Assembly: GCA_900315815.1 (NCBI GenBank)
Contig: ONAS01000001.1
Coordinates: forward strand, 1,690 to 65,689
DNA from: an uncultured Eubacteriales bacterium
GTDB taxonomy: Bacteria; Bacillota; Clostridia; Oscillospirales; Acutalibacteraceae
Direction: 5' to 3'
Length of the DNA: 64,000 nt
Part shown: piece after piece, positions 9,049 to 19,101 of the stretch
Position numbering within the stretch: the stretch's first letter is position 1
How the letters are laid out: each line of letters opens with the position of its first letter
Notes under the pieces: model-generated
What the model saw: only the letters and a program-made list of their open reading frames with translations
What the model was told of the DNA's origin: nothing
Database searches by the model: none
Translations under genes and position numbers: made by a program

Positions 9049-10085
9049 TTATTGAAAATGCTTTTTCGTTTTGTTGGCAATGCTGACCAAAAACAGCATG
9101 ACAGGCACCTCGGTCAGCACGCCGACCGTCGCGGCAAGCGCCGCCGGCGAGCTTGTTCCGAACAAGGCGATCGCCGCAGCGACCGCAAGCTCAAAGAAAT
9201 TCGACGCGCCGATCATCCCCGCGGGCGCCGCGATGTTGTGCGGCAGCCTGAGTATTCTGCAGGTGAGATAGGCGACCGCGAAAATGAAGAGGGTCTGCAG
9301 CACCAGCGGCACGGCGATCAGCACGATATGCAGGGGATTTTCAAGAATGGTATTCCCTTGAAACGCAAAGATCAGGATCAGCGTCAGGAGCAGACCGATC
9401 GTCGTGATCCCGTCGAATTTTTTGGTAAAGGTGTTTTCAAAGTAGTCCCTGCCTTTCCTTTTGGTCACAAGGTACCGCGTCAGGATCCCCGCGGCGAGCG
9501 GGATGACAACGAACAGCACGACCGACAGGATCAGTGTGTCCCACGGGACGGCGACATTGGAAACGCCCAGCAAAAACTTGACGATCGGCACAAATGCGAC
9601 GAGGATGATCAGATCGTTCGTCGCGACCTGCACCACCGTATAGGCGGGATCGCCCTTCGTCAGCGTGCTCCACACAAACACCATCGCCGTGCACGGAGCC
9701 GCGCCGAGCAGTACCGCTCCCGCAAGGTATTCCGTCGCGAGATCGGGCGTGATGAACGCCTTGAAAACGACAAAGAAGAACAGACTCGCCACGCCGTACA
9801 TCGTGAACGGCTTGATCAGCCAGTTGACAGCCCATGTCACGAACAGCCCCTTCGGATTCCTGCCGACGTTCCTGACGCTCCTGAAATCGACCTTCATCAT
9901 CATCGGATAGATCATCAGCCAGATCAGGACCGCCATCGGTACGGATACCTTTGCATACTCAAGGCGGTTCAGAAATTCCGGTACCTGCGGCAGGAACCTG
10001 CCAATCAGAACGCCCGCGATCATGCAAAGGATGACCCACACGCTCAGATACTTCTGAAAGATACCGATCCTTTTTTGTTCTCCAT
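9049..10085 (-). CDS. acr3: ACR3-family arsenite efflux transporter; the RBS-linked ATG (10085) is out of frame with the body, so possibly frameshifted
   Basis: MIYPMMMKVDF, NWLIKPFTM, LGAAPCTAMVFVW, IGASNFFELAVA, GVLTEVPVML motifs. Open frame 9049..10041 from GTG; the conserved IFQKYLSVW lies upstream in the same frame. Confidence 0.9.
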
Positions 10086-10098
10086 CTTGTATTCCTCC

Positions 10099-11094
10099 TC
10101 ATATCAACACGGCCTGCAAAGCGTTGAACGCATACCCGACGAGGATGATCCCCGCCGTGCAGACCCCGATAAAGATTCCCAGCAGCTTTGCCTTGACCGC
10201 CTTTTTCAGCATGATCATCGACGGGAGCGACAAGGTGGTGACGCCCATCATAAAGGCAAGCACCACGCCCAGCAGTGCGCCCTTTGAGAGCAGCGCCTCC
10301 GCGATCGGGATCGTACCGAAGATATCGGCGTACATCGGGATCCCGCATACCGCCGCGATGACGACGCCGAACGGATTATCGCCGCCGAGCGCGTTGATTA
10401 TCCACTCCTCGGGGATCCAGTTATGGATGACCGCGCCGATCGCCACGCCGATCAGTACATACGGAAAGACCTTCTTCGCCGTAGTCAGCACCTCGCCCCG
10501 GGCGTATCGCAGTCTGTCTTTGAAGCGCAGCTCCTCCTGCGGGACGTCGATCGATCCCGCGCGGAGGATATACTCCTGCACCTGATCCTCCATGTGCAGC
10601 TTTTCTATCAGCGTTCCGCCCGCGACGGCGATCACCGGACCGAGGATCACGTAGACGACCGCGACCTTCCATCCGAAAATGCTCATCAGCAGGACCAGAC
10701 TGCCGAGATCGACCATCGGCGACGAGATCAGAAACGAAAAGGTCACGCCGAGCGGCAGACCCGCGCTTGTGAAGCCGATGAACAGCGGGATCGACGAGCA
10801 GGAGCAGAACGGGGTCACGGTGCCGAGCAGAGCGGCGATGATCCGCGCGGCGGGTCCGTTGAACCTGCCGAGCAGTTTTTTGCTTCTCTCCGGCGGAAAA
10901 TAGCTGCGGATATATGAGATGATCAGGATCAGCACGCCCAGCAGTACCATGATCTTGATCGTGTCGTAAAGAAAGAAACGGATGCTCGCGCCGAGCTTTT
11001 CATTCACATCCAGCCCGCAAAGCGTGAGCAGATCGCCGATCAGCCGGTCGAGCCATTTCATGCCGAGTATTTCATCCTGGATAAATGTCAGCAT
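10099..11094 (-). CDS. Putative permease (DUF318/ArsP-like)
   Basis: TPFCSCSSIPLFIGF and PMYADIFGTIPIAEAL motifs; multi-TM; RBS GGAGG before ATG 11094. Confidence 0.85.
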   Translation of the reverse strand: MLTFIQDEILGMKWLDRLIGDLLTLCGLDVNEKLGASIRFFLYDTIKIMVLLGVLILIISYIRSYFPPERSKKLLGRFNGPAARIIAALLGTVTPFCSCSSIPLFIGFTSAGLPLGVTFSFLISSPMVDLGSLVLLMSIFGWKVAVVYVILGPVIAVAGGTLIEKLHMEDQVQEYILRAGSIDVPQEELRFKDRLRYARGEVLTTAKKVFPYVLIGVAIGAVIHNWIPEEWIINALGGDNPFGVVIAAVCGIPMYADIFGTIPIAEALLSKGALLGVVLAFMMGVTTLSLPSMIMLKKAVKAKLLGIFIGVCTAGIILVGYAFNALQAVLI

Positions 11095-11116
11095 AAGCCC
11101 TCCGAAAACCATAGAT

Positions 11117-11136
11117 AAATAGAAATATATCTATTT
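11117..11136. promoter_or_regulatory. Putative ArsR operator 2
   Basis: Perfect inverted repeat AAATAGA-N6-TCTATTT between arsR and permease. Confidence 0.6.
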
Positions 11137-11177
11137 GTAGTGGGAAAATAAAGCCGTGCGTCCGGCACGACTTTCTG

Positions 11178-11483
11178 TCAGCAGCAGGGATCCTCCCCGT
11201 CCGGCTGTACGTTCGTCAGATCCTCCAGCGCCGCCATGGCGGTCCTTACTCCCTGCGGCGAGATCGAGTAGTGCATCCATTTGCCCTGCTTGCGCCCCTC
11301 GACGATCCCCGAATCGCACAGCACCTTCATGTGGTGCGACATGGTAGGTTGGGTGACGTCGATCTTTTCGTTCAAATGACAGGCGCATTTTTCCCCCGAC
11401 TGCAAAAGCCTCAGGATCCTGATCCTGTTTTCATCACAGAACGCCTTGAAGATCAGGGCGGTTTTCTTCTCGCTCATTTCCAT
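11178..11483 (-). CDS. arsR: ArsR/SmtB family transcriptional repressor
   Basis: FKAFCDENRIRIL...EKCACHL...TQPTMSHHMKVLCDSGIVEGRKQGKWMHY; C-terminal CC. Confidence 0.92.
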   Translation of the reverse strand: MEMSEKKTALIFKAFCDENRIRILRLLQSGEKCACHLNEKIDVTQPTMSHHMKVLCDSGIVEGRKQGKWMHYSISPQGVRTAMAALEDLTNVQPDGEDPCC

Positions 11484-11517
11484 TGTATTCACCACACAGA
11501 GAAAGATGTCTGCTTCT

Positions 11518-11545
11518 ATTATATAGATAAATTTCTATTTGTCAA
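11518..11545 (-). promoter_or_regulatory. ars promoter overlapped by ArsR operator 1
   Basis: TTGACA-16 bp-TATAAT with AAATAGA-N6-TCTATAT between the boxes. Confidence 0.7.
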
Positions 11546-11606
11546 GACTTACGGCAGACGGCGCCGAAAAAGCCGCCGCAAATCACCTGCGGCGGCTCCT
11601 GTCATC

Positions 11607-12770
11607 TTATTTCGTGCTTTTATCGGGGAGATACGCCTCCAGCGCCTCGATCAGCTCCCAGTCCTCGGAAAGCTCCTTCACCTTGATGCTCTTGATGAGC
11701 TCCTCGCTGTAGCTGACATACGCCTGATAGTAGTCGGCGCACGCGTCCCATTCCTTCTGCTGTTTCTCATTCAGCGCGTGACGGACGACCGTGTAATGCT
11801 TCGTCAGATAATCCGTCAGAAAGGCGGTGAATTTCTGCTGGCCGTAGATATTGAGGTGGTCGGGGTTATAGAAATCCGTTTCCTCGTCCAGTCCCGTCAG
11901 GGCGATATCCCGCTCAAAGTTGAGGTAATCAAAGCCGTATTCCGCGACGATATCCCCGATGGTATTGCTCCGCTCAAAGCGGTCGTAGGTCTTTTCTGTC
12001 ACGATATGCGGGAACCGCGCGAACACCACGTTGGTCAGCTTTTCGCTGCGGCAGTATTCCAGAAGATCGCGCAGTCCTTTTTCCGCCTGTTCGTCAAGCG
12101 GCTGACGCTTATCTGCGGCGGCGGGCAGCATCGCGTTCAGCGACGGCGTCGGGCTCTTGTATTTGACGGTCCAGTTCAGCACGCCCTTGAGGTAGTTGTA
12201 CCCCCTGCTTTTGTCGTTCGCGATGGTCTTGCGGTATTTTTCCTCTTTTTCGGTCTGTGCGTCGGGATCGCTCCACGTGCCGTGATACTTCATGAACGGA
12301 AAGAGGTATTCCAGCCGGTTTTCCGTGACGTTCTGCGCCACCCATTCCACCTTGTTGAAACTCAGCGGCACATGGTCGGAATAGTTGCGCAGGTTTGCTT
12401 CCTTGGTGATCTCCTCGCCGTCATACAGAGCGCCGTTGAGCTCGATGACCACCAGCGCGTTCTTCTGTCTGGAAAGGATATCCTTGAGCTGGCTCTTGTA
12501 GTTGAGGATGGTATTCGCCTGCGTCGCGTACAGGTATCCGGTGATCCCGTCCCGCTGATACGCATAGCCGGGCGCGATATCGGAGTAGACCTCGCTCGCT
12601 CCGAGATACACGATATCCAGCGTCTGGGCGTCCTCCATAAAGAATCCCTTGACGCGTTCGCGGTTATGGTCGGCGTGACAGAACACATATTCCTGCAGCA
12701 GACCGACGGTCACGCCGACGGCGGCGATCACGCAGAGCAGACCTGCCGCCCAAAGCAATTTTCGTTTCAT
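11607..12770 (-). CDS. Membrane-anchored SGNH/DltD-like protein
   Basis: N-terminal TM; DIVYLGASEVY and DFYNPDHLNIYG motifs. Confidence 0.6.
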   Translation of the reverse strand: MKRKLLWAAGLLCVIAAVGVTVGLLQEYVFCHADHNRERVKGFFMEDAQTLDIVYLGASEVYSDIAPGYAYQRDGITGYLYATQANTILNYKSQLKDILSRQKNALVVIELNGALYDGEEITKEANLRNYSDHVPLSFNKVEWVAQNVTENRLEYLFPFMKYHGTWSDPDAQTEKEEKYRKTIANDKSRGYNYLKGVLNWTVKYKSPTPSLNAMLPAAADKRQPLDEQAEKGLRDLLEYCRSEKLTNVVFARFPHIVTEKTYDRFERSNTIGDIVAEYGFDYLNFERDIALTGLDEETDFYNPDHLNIYGQQKFTAFLTDYLTKHYTVVRHALNEKQQKEWDACADYYQAYVSYSEELIKSIKVKELSEDWELIEALEAYLPDKSTK

Positions 12771-13059
12771 TGAATCAATCCCTTTTTCGGAACATCTACC
12801 GTTTAATCATAGCCCAAAGCGCAAAAAATAGCAATAGCTTTTGCGCATTTTACTGATTTGAGCCGACCTATTCAAAATTCAGACATATTTTTTATGCAAA
12901 ATGGCATGTATTACCTGCGGATTCTTTGAACTTTTTGCGCATTTACTTCTTGTCATTTTCTGTCAAAGTATGTATAATATCAGTAACCGCTCTCCGGGTT
13001 TATGGCACACTGTAAGGTACGGACAGCGAGAAAACAGAAAACGGAAAAGGAGATAACAC

Positions 13060-13938
13060 ATGCGATTCAAAAACATGATAACGGTCCTGTGCGTCGCGCT
13101 GGCGATGTGTCTTGCGGTATGCGGTCTGACCGCCTGCGGCGAGGAAAGCGCCAAAAAGGTCACTGTCACCATCGTTGACGGCGAGACAAAGACGCCGGTC
13201 GAGATCGAGACCGGCAAGACCGTCAAGGACGCGCTCGACGCGGCAAAGATCACCCTCGGCGAAAAGGACACCTGCGAGCCGAAGGCTGACGCGAAGATCA
13301 CCGAGGACACCAAGGAGATCAAGATCACCCGCACCGCTGCAGAGATCAAGGTCAGCCTGACCGTTGACGGCAAGACCACGAACTACGTCACCACCGCGGC
13401 AACTGTTCAGGATTTCCTCAACTTGCAGAATATCACCCTCGGCAAGGACGATGAGATCAGCGCAAAGACCACCGACGCCCTGACCGACGGCATGAAGCTG
13501 ACGATCAAGCGCGTTGTGTACAAGGAAGAGACCAAGACCGAAGAGATCGCTTTCGAGACAGAGGAAGAGAAGAGCTCCTCCCTGGCAGAGGGCACCACTG
13601 AGGTCACTCAGGAAGGCGTCAAGGGCGAAAAGACCGTCACCTATCAGGTCAAGTACGTCGACGGCAAGGAAGAAAGCCGTGAAAAAGTCTCCGAAAAGGT
13701 CACCAAGGAACCCGTCAAGAAGATCGTCACCGTAGGTACCGGCATCGATTCCGGCTCTGACAGCGGCTCCGGCTCCGATGACAGCGGTTCCGACGACAGC
13801 GGCTCCGATGATGGCGGCTCCGACGACGGCGGCAGAACAGTCGTCAGCAGAGACCCCATGCCCGACTGTGACGAGGACGGTCACGGCACCTACATCGTCA
13901 CCTACTCCGACGGCTCCGTCGAGTTCGAGGTATACTGA
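13060..13938 (+). CDS. Lipoprotein with DUF348 (ubiquitin-like) repeats and G5 domain, no catalytic domain evident
   Basis: Lipobox LTAC; TVKDALDAAKITLGEKD and TVQDFLNLQNITLGKDD repeats; G5-like EVTQEGVKGEK...VTKEPVKKIVTVGT. Confidence 0.8.
   Translation: MRFKNMITVLCVALAMCLAVCGLTACGEESAKKVTVTIVDGETKTPVEIETGKTVKDALDAAKITLGEKDTCEPKADAKITEDTKEIKITRTAAEIKVSLTVDGKTTNYVTTAATVQDFLNLQNITLGKDDEISAKTTDALTDGMKLTIKRVVYKEETKTEEIAFETEEEKSSSLAEGTTEVTQEGVKGEKTVTYQVKYVDGKEESREKVSEKVTKEPVKKIVTVGTGIDSGSDSGSGSDDSGSDDSGSDDGGSDDGGRTVVSRDPMPDCDEDGHGTYIVTYSDGSVEFEVY
13771..13830 (+). repeat. 15-bp in-frame repeat x4 (GSDDS/GSDDG)
   Basis: GGYTCCGAYGAYRGC x4. Confidence 0.85.
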
Positions 13939-13949
13939 TCCATAACAGC

Positions 13950-13982
13950 AAAAGCGTTTCCGATCCGCGGAAACGCTTTTTT
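13950..13982. terminator. Bidirectional terminator
   Basis: AAAAGCGTTTCCG-loop-CGGAAACGCTTTTTT. Confidence 0.85.
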
Positions 13983-13995
13983 CTTTGTCCTTATG

Positions 13996-15462
13996 TTATT
14001 TTGTCCGGCGACGCGTCAGCCGTTTCTGCCTTTGGAAAAAGTCCTTCGTCTCCTTCGATACGACCCCGCCCAGCAGGAACAGCGCCACCAGATTCGGGAA
14101 CGCCATCAGCCCGTTGAAGATGTTCGCGATCCCCCACACCGTGTTGAGCGCAAGGTAAGAACCGATGAACACCGCGCCGATATACAGCCACCGATAGACG
14201 GTGATCGCCCTGCGGCTGCCGGTCAGATACTCCAGACACCGCTCGCCGTAGTAGTTCCACCCGAGGATCGTGGTGAAGGCAAAGAACGCCAGACACAGCA
14301 TCAGGATGAACGCCGATACATTTTCATCGAACGGCAGACCGTGCTGCCACGCGTAGGTGGTCACCTTCGCGCCGTCGATGCTGTTTCCCGTATTCCATGC
14401 GCCGGTGACGATGATCGACAGCCCCGTGATGGTGCAGATCACGATGGTATCGATAAAGGTGCCGGTCATCGTGACCAGTCCCTGACGCACCGGTTCCTTG
14501 GTTTTCGCGCTCGCGGCGGCGATCGGCGCAGAGCCGAGACCCGCCTCATTGGAGAAGATCCCCCTGCCGATGCCCTTCTGGATGACGGTTTTCAGCAGCA
14601 GACCGCTGATGGCGCCTCCGACCGCCGAGACGTCGAACGCGCTCCTGACGATCAGCCCGAGCGCCGCGGGGATCTCACTGTAATTGGATATCAGGATGAT
14701 CAGCGCGAACAGCACATAAGTCACCGCCATGAACGGCACTACGACCTCGCTCACCTTCGCGATCCGCTTGATCCCGCCGATGATCACCAGCGCCGCGCAG
14801 AAGGTCACCGCCGCGCTGACGATGATGGTCGTCCATGTCACGGTCAGCAGCGGCTTTTCCGAGCCGCCCAGCTCCAGCAGGAGCCCCTGCTTATCCTTGT
14901 CAAACAGATTCTGCGCCGCCTCATAGATCCCGTTGACCTGCGTCATCGTACCGATGCCCATCAGCCCCGCGACCGCGCCGAACGCGGCAAACAGCTTAGC
15001 CATCGGGCGCCATTTTTTCCCGAGACCCTTTTCGATATAATAGAACGGACCGCCGAGAAAATGTCCGGGCGACGATTCCGTGCGGTATTTCACCGCCAGC
15101 AGACCCTCGGCGTATTTGGTCGCCATGCCGAAGAACGCCGCGACCAGCATCCACAAAAGCGCTCCGGGACCGCCCGCGACGATCGCCGTCGCGACGCCGA
15201 CGATATTGCCGGTGCCGATGGTCGCCGACAGCGCCGTACACAGCGCGCCGAACGAGCTGACCTCGCCGACGCCGTCCTCCTCGTTCTTCACCATATATTT
15301 CAGCGCCAGCCCCAGATGCCGCAGCTGCACAAAGCGGGTGCGGATGCTCAGATACACGCCGACCGCGAGGATCAGGACGATCAGGACCCATCCCCAGACC
15401 CAGCTGTCCACGGTGCTGACGATGCTTTCAAATGTCACGGTATTCTCTGCCGCGCTTTCCAT
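13996..15462 (-). CDS. Alanine/glycine:cation (AGCS) symporter
   Basis: ATIGTGNIVGVATA, GGPGALLWM, GIGRGIFSNEAGLGSAPIAAA. Confidence 0.93.
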   Translation of the reverse strand: MESAAENTVTFESIVSTVDSWVWGWVLIVLILAVGVYLSIRTRFVQLRHLGLALKYMVKNEEDGVGEVSSFGALCTALSATIGTGNIVGVATAIVAGGPGALLWMLVAAFFGMATKYAEGLLAVKYRTESSPGHFLGGPFYYIEKGLGKKWRPMAKLFAAFGAVAGLMGIGTMTQVNGIYEAAQNLFDKDKQGLLLELGGSEKPLLTVTWTTIIVSAAVTFCAALVIIGGIKRIAKVSEVVVPFMAVTYVLFALIILISNYSEIPAALGLIVRSAFDVSAVGGAISGLLLKTVIQKGIGRGIFSNEAGLGSAPIAAASAKTKEPVRQGLVTMTGTFIDTIVICTITGLSIIVTGAWNTGNSIDGAKVTTYAWQHGLPFDENVSAFILMLCLAFFAFTTILGWNYYGERCLEYLTGSRRAITVYRWLYIGAVFIGSYLALNTVWGIANIFNGLMAFPNLVALFLLGGVVSKETKDFFQRQKRLTRRRTK

Positions 15463-15595
15463 ACCCGATCCCCTTTCACGGTTTTTCTATGTATTATTCT
15501 ACCATACTTTTTGAGCCGATTCAATCCGGATTACTTGCATAATACTGATATCTATGCTAAAATATCTCTGTATATGAAATTTTGCAGGTGATAAA

Positions 15596-17407
15596 ATGAC
15601 CTTTCAACAGGACAAGATCCGCAACTTCAGCATCGTTGCCCATATCGACCACGGCAAGTCGACCCTTGCCGACCGCATCCTTGAGCAGACCCAAAGCGTC
15701 GCGGTACGCGACATGGAGGACCAGCTGCTCGACGATATGGAGCTGGAGCGCGAACGCGGCATAACCATCAAAAGCCACGCCGTCACGCTGGAATACAACG
15801 CCGACGACGGCGAGACCTATCAATTCAATCTGATCGATACCCCCGGTCACGTCGACTTCAATTATGAGGTCAGCCGTTCTCTCGCCGCGTGCGAGGGCGC
15901 GATCCTCGTCGTCGACGCGTCGCAGGGCATCGAGGCGCAGACCCTTGCCAACACCTACCTTGCCGTCGACGCGGGACTGGAGATCGTCCCCGTCGTCAAC
16001 AAGATCGACCTTCCCTCCGCCGACCCGGAACGCGTGATCCACGAGATTGAGGACGTCATCGGCATCCCCGCCGAGGACGCGCCCTGCGTCTCCGCAAAGG
16101 CGGGCATCAATATCCACGCTGTTCTCGAAAAGATCGTGTCCGACATCCCCGCTCCCGAGGGCGATATCAACGCCCCGCTGCGCGCGATGATCTTTGACTC
16201 GATCTACGATTCCTACAAGGGCGTCATCATCTATGTTCGCCTGAAAGAGGGCCAGATCCACGTCGGCGACGAATTCCGTCTGATGGCGACCGGCTCGACC
16301 TTCAACGTCGTAGAGTGCGGCTATATGCGCGCGACCTCTCTGGAGCCCCGCGAGGGACTCTACGCCGGCGAGGTCGGCTACATCACTGCTTCCATCAAAA
16401 GCCTGCAGGACGCGCAGGTCGGCGACACCGTCACCCTGACGAAGAACCCCGCCGAGATGCCCCTGCCCGGCTACCGCAAGGTCCAGTCGATGGTATTCTG
16501 CGGCATCTATCCGGTGGACGGCGCCCGCTACGGCGATCTGCGCGACGCGCTGGATAAGCTCAAGCTCAACGACGCCTCCCTCTCCTTCGAGCCGGAGACC
16601 TCCGTCGCGCTCGGCTTCGGCTACCGCTGCGGCTTTTTGGGACTCCTCCACATGGAGATCATCCAGGAGCGTCTCGAGCGCGAGTACAACCTCGATCTGA
16701 TCACCACCGCGCCGTCTGTCAACTACCGCATCACCCTGACCGACGGCACGACCCATATGATCTCGAACCCCACCAACTACCCCGACCCCGGTACGATCGC
16801 CTCCGCGGAGGAGCCGATCACCGACGCCCACATCTATTCCCCGACCGATTATGTCGGCAATATCATGGAGCTGTGTCAGGACCGCCGCGGCAATTTCATC
16901 GGCATGGATTACATCGACGCCGACCGCGTGGATATCCATTACGAGCTGCCGCTCGCCGAGATCATCTACGATTTCTTCGACACCCTCAAGAGCCGCACCC
17001 GCGGCTACGCCTCCTTCGACTACGAGTTCAAGGAGTACCGCGAGTCCAAGCTCGTCAAGCTGGACATCATGCTCAACGGCGAGGTGGTCGACGCGCTGTC
17101 GTTCATCATCCACGCCGACAAGGCGTACCCGAGAGCCCGCAAAATGGCGGAAAAGCTCAAGGAAAACATCCCGCGCCAGCTGTTCGAGGTGCCGATCCAG
17201 GCATGCATCGGCGGCAAGATCATCGCCCGCGAGACCGTCAAGGCGATGCGCAAGGACGTTCTCGCCAAGTGCTACGGCGGCGATATCAGCCGAAAGAAGA
17301 AGCTGCTTGAAAAGCAGAAGGAAGGCAAAAAGCGCATGCGCCAGCTCGGTTCCGTAGAGGTCCCGCAGGAAGCCTTCATGGCTGTCCTCAAGCTGGACAC
17401 CGACTGA
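15596..17407 (+). CDS. lepA: Translation elongation factor 4
   Basis: [51 protein letters not shown]. Confidence 0.99.
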   Translation: MTFQQDKIRNFSIVAHIDHGKSTLADRILEQTQSVAVRDMEDQLLDDMELERERGITIKSHAVTLEYNADDGETYQFNLIDTPGHVDFNYEVSRSLAACEGAILVVDASQGIEAQTLANTYLAVDAGLEIVPVVNKIDLPSADPERVIHEIEDVIGIPAEDAPCVSAKAGINIHAVLEKIVSDIPAPEGDINAPLRAMIFDSIYDSYKGVIIYVRLKEGQIHVGDEFRLMATGSTFNVVECGYMRATSLEPREGLYAGEVGYITASIKSLQDAQVGDTVTLTKNPAEMPLPGYRKVQSMVFCGIYPVDGARYGDLRDALDKLKLNDASLSFEPETSVALGFGYRCGFLGLLHMEIIQERLEREYNLDLITTAPSVNYRITLTDGTTHMISNPTNYPDPGTIASAEEPITDAHIYSPTDYVGNIMELCQDRRGNFIGMDYIDADRVDIHYELPLAEIIYDFFDTLKSRTRGYASFDYEFKEYRESKLVKLDIMLNGEVVDALSFIIHADKAYPRARKMAEKLKENIPRQLFEVPIQACIGGKIIARETVKAMRKDVLAKCYGGDISRKKKLLEKQKEGKKRMRQLGSVEVPQEAFMAVLKLDTD

Positions 17408-17482
17408 TCGCAAAACCTGAGAAGCAAGCTATCCCGCACGGGCGGGCGCCGACCCTCCCCGACAACAAGGAGTTGACCGTTT

Positions 17483-18337
17483 ATGCCTGACGAAGTATCA
17501 GGTTCAAAAGAAAAGAAAAAGGAATCCCTTATGGAGCGTCTTTTCGGCTCCAAGGACGCCGACCAGAAGCAGGCTGAGACCGAGGAGGAGATCCTGTCCC
17601 TTGTCGAAGAGGGTCAGGAAAAGGGTCTGATCGAGGACGACACCAAGAACATCATCGAAAACGTCTTTGACTTTGACGATACCGTCGCCTATGAGATCAT
17701 GACCCACCGCCGCGATATGACCTCGCTGGAGGATACCGACAGCCTTGAGGACGTCGTCGCCGCCGCGATCGACTCCGGTCATTCGCGGATCCCCGTGTAC
17801 CACGACGATATCGACAACATCGTCGGCATCCTCTACGTCAAGGATCTGCTGCAATACGTCGGCAAGCCCGCGCCGTCCGATTTCCGGCTGCGCGCGCTGC
17901 TGCGTCCCGCGATATTTGTCCCCCGCACCAAGGACTGCCGTTCTCTGTTCGCCTTTATGCAGAAGAACCATACCCAGATCGCGGTCGTCGTGGACGAATA
18001 CGGCGGCACCGAGGGCATCATCACCCTCGAGGATCTGATCGAGGACATCCTCGGCAACATCCAGGACGAATATGACGACGAGGAGGACGAGATCCGCCGC
18101 CTTGACGACGGCCGCTTCACCGTGGACGGCGCCACCTCGCTGGAGGATATCGAGGAGCTGACCGGCGTCACCCTGAGCGACAGCGACAGCGAGACCGTCG
18201 CGGGCTTCATCCTGGACAGGCTCGGACGGATCCCCGCTTCCGACGAACAGCCCGTCGTCGAATCCGACGGTCTGCGCTTCACCGCCCTGCATACCGACGA
18301 CCGCCGCATTTCAGAGGTCCTGATCGAAAAAATCTGA
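17483..18337 (+). CDS. CBS-domain CorC/HlyC family protein (no N-terminal TM domain)
   Basis: HSRIPVY, IVGILYVKDLL, AVVVDEYGGTEGIITLEDLIEDILGNIQDEYD. Confidence 0.9.
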   Translation: MPDEVSGSKEKKKESLMERLFGSKDADQKQAETEEEILSLVEEGQEKGLIEDDTKNIIENVFDFDDTVAYEIMTHRRDMTSLEDTDSLEDVVAAAIDSGHSRIPVYHDDIDNIVGILYVKDLLQYVGKPAPSDFRLRALLRPAIFVPRTKDCRSLFAFMQKNHTQIAVVVDEYGGTEGIITLEDLIEDILGNIQDEYDDEEDEIRRLDDGRFTVDGATSLEDIEELTGVTLSDSDSETVAGFILDRLGRIPASDEQPVVESDGLRFTALHTDDRRISEVLIEKI

Positions 18338-18468
18338 GTCCGCGGATGATTGTTTACACATTATTCACTCACGGCGGGAAGATATTTCAATTTTGTAATT
18401 GATTTTTTGAATGAATTTGATATAATATGTGTGTTACCCGAATATTTCAACTACGGAGGAATCTAAAA

Positions 18469-18996
18469 ATGAAAAGAGTAATTGCATTGACCTTAGCGGT
18501 TATGATGATCGCCGCGCTGTTCTGCGCCTGCGGCGAGAAGAAGAAATCCGACAGCGCTACCGAGGCGCCGAAGGACGTCACCACCACCGTTGAGGCAAAA
18601 TATGATCAGGGCTTTGCCGAAAAGTACGCTAAATCCGTCACCACCGACGAATCCGGCAACAAGACCTATGAGTTTGACAGCGATGCATACAAGAGCTATA
18701 CCCATGATTACAACAACAACGTTTCCGCAAAGCTGACCAACGATCTGGTCAAGATCCACGAGACCTCCTACGGTCAGTTCTGCTACATCAACGACGAGAA
18801 GAAGGCGGTCGTTGTCGGCCTGAACCCCGGTCAGTATGACGAGGCTGTCGCTTCCAAGGAAGCCGCCGCTCTCGCAAAGAGCGCCTTCCCCTATTTCCTG
18901 GGCCTGGAGCAGCCGGTCAAGACCATCAACGTCATCTACTGCAACGCGAACAATCAGGATGAGGTCTACGGCTCCTTCGAATTCACCGCAGAATAA
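18469..18996 (+). CDS. Hypothetical lipoprotein
   Basis: RBS GGAGG; lipobox LFCAC; followed by terminator. Confidence 0.8.
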   Translation: MKRVIALTLAVMMIAALFCACGEKKKSDSATEAPKDVTTTVEAKYDQGFAEKYAKSVTTDESGNKTYEFDSDAYKSYTHDYNNNVSAKLTNDLVKIHETSYGQFCYINDEKKAVVVGLNPGQYDEAVASKEAAALAKSAFPYFLGLEQPVKTINVIYCNANNQDEVYGSFEFTAE

Positions 18997-19101
18997 AAGA
19001 TCGATCTCAAAGGCTGCTCCGGCAGCCTTTTCTTTTTGCCCTCTTTCCGACTTGCCCAATCCGACGTTTTCTGCTAAAATGATCCCAAAGGGGATGATAC
19101 C

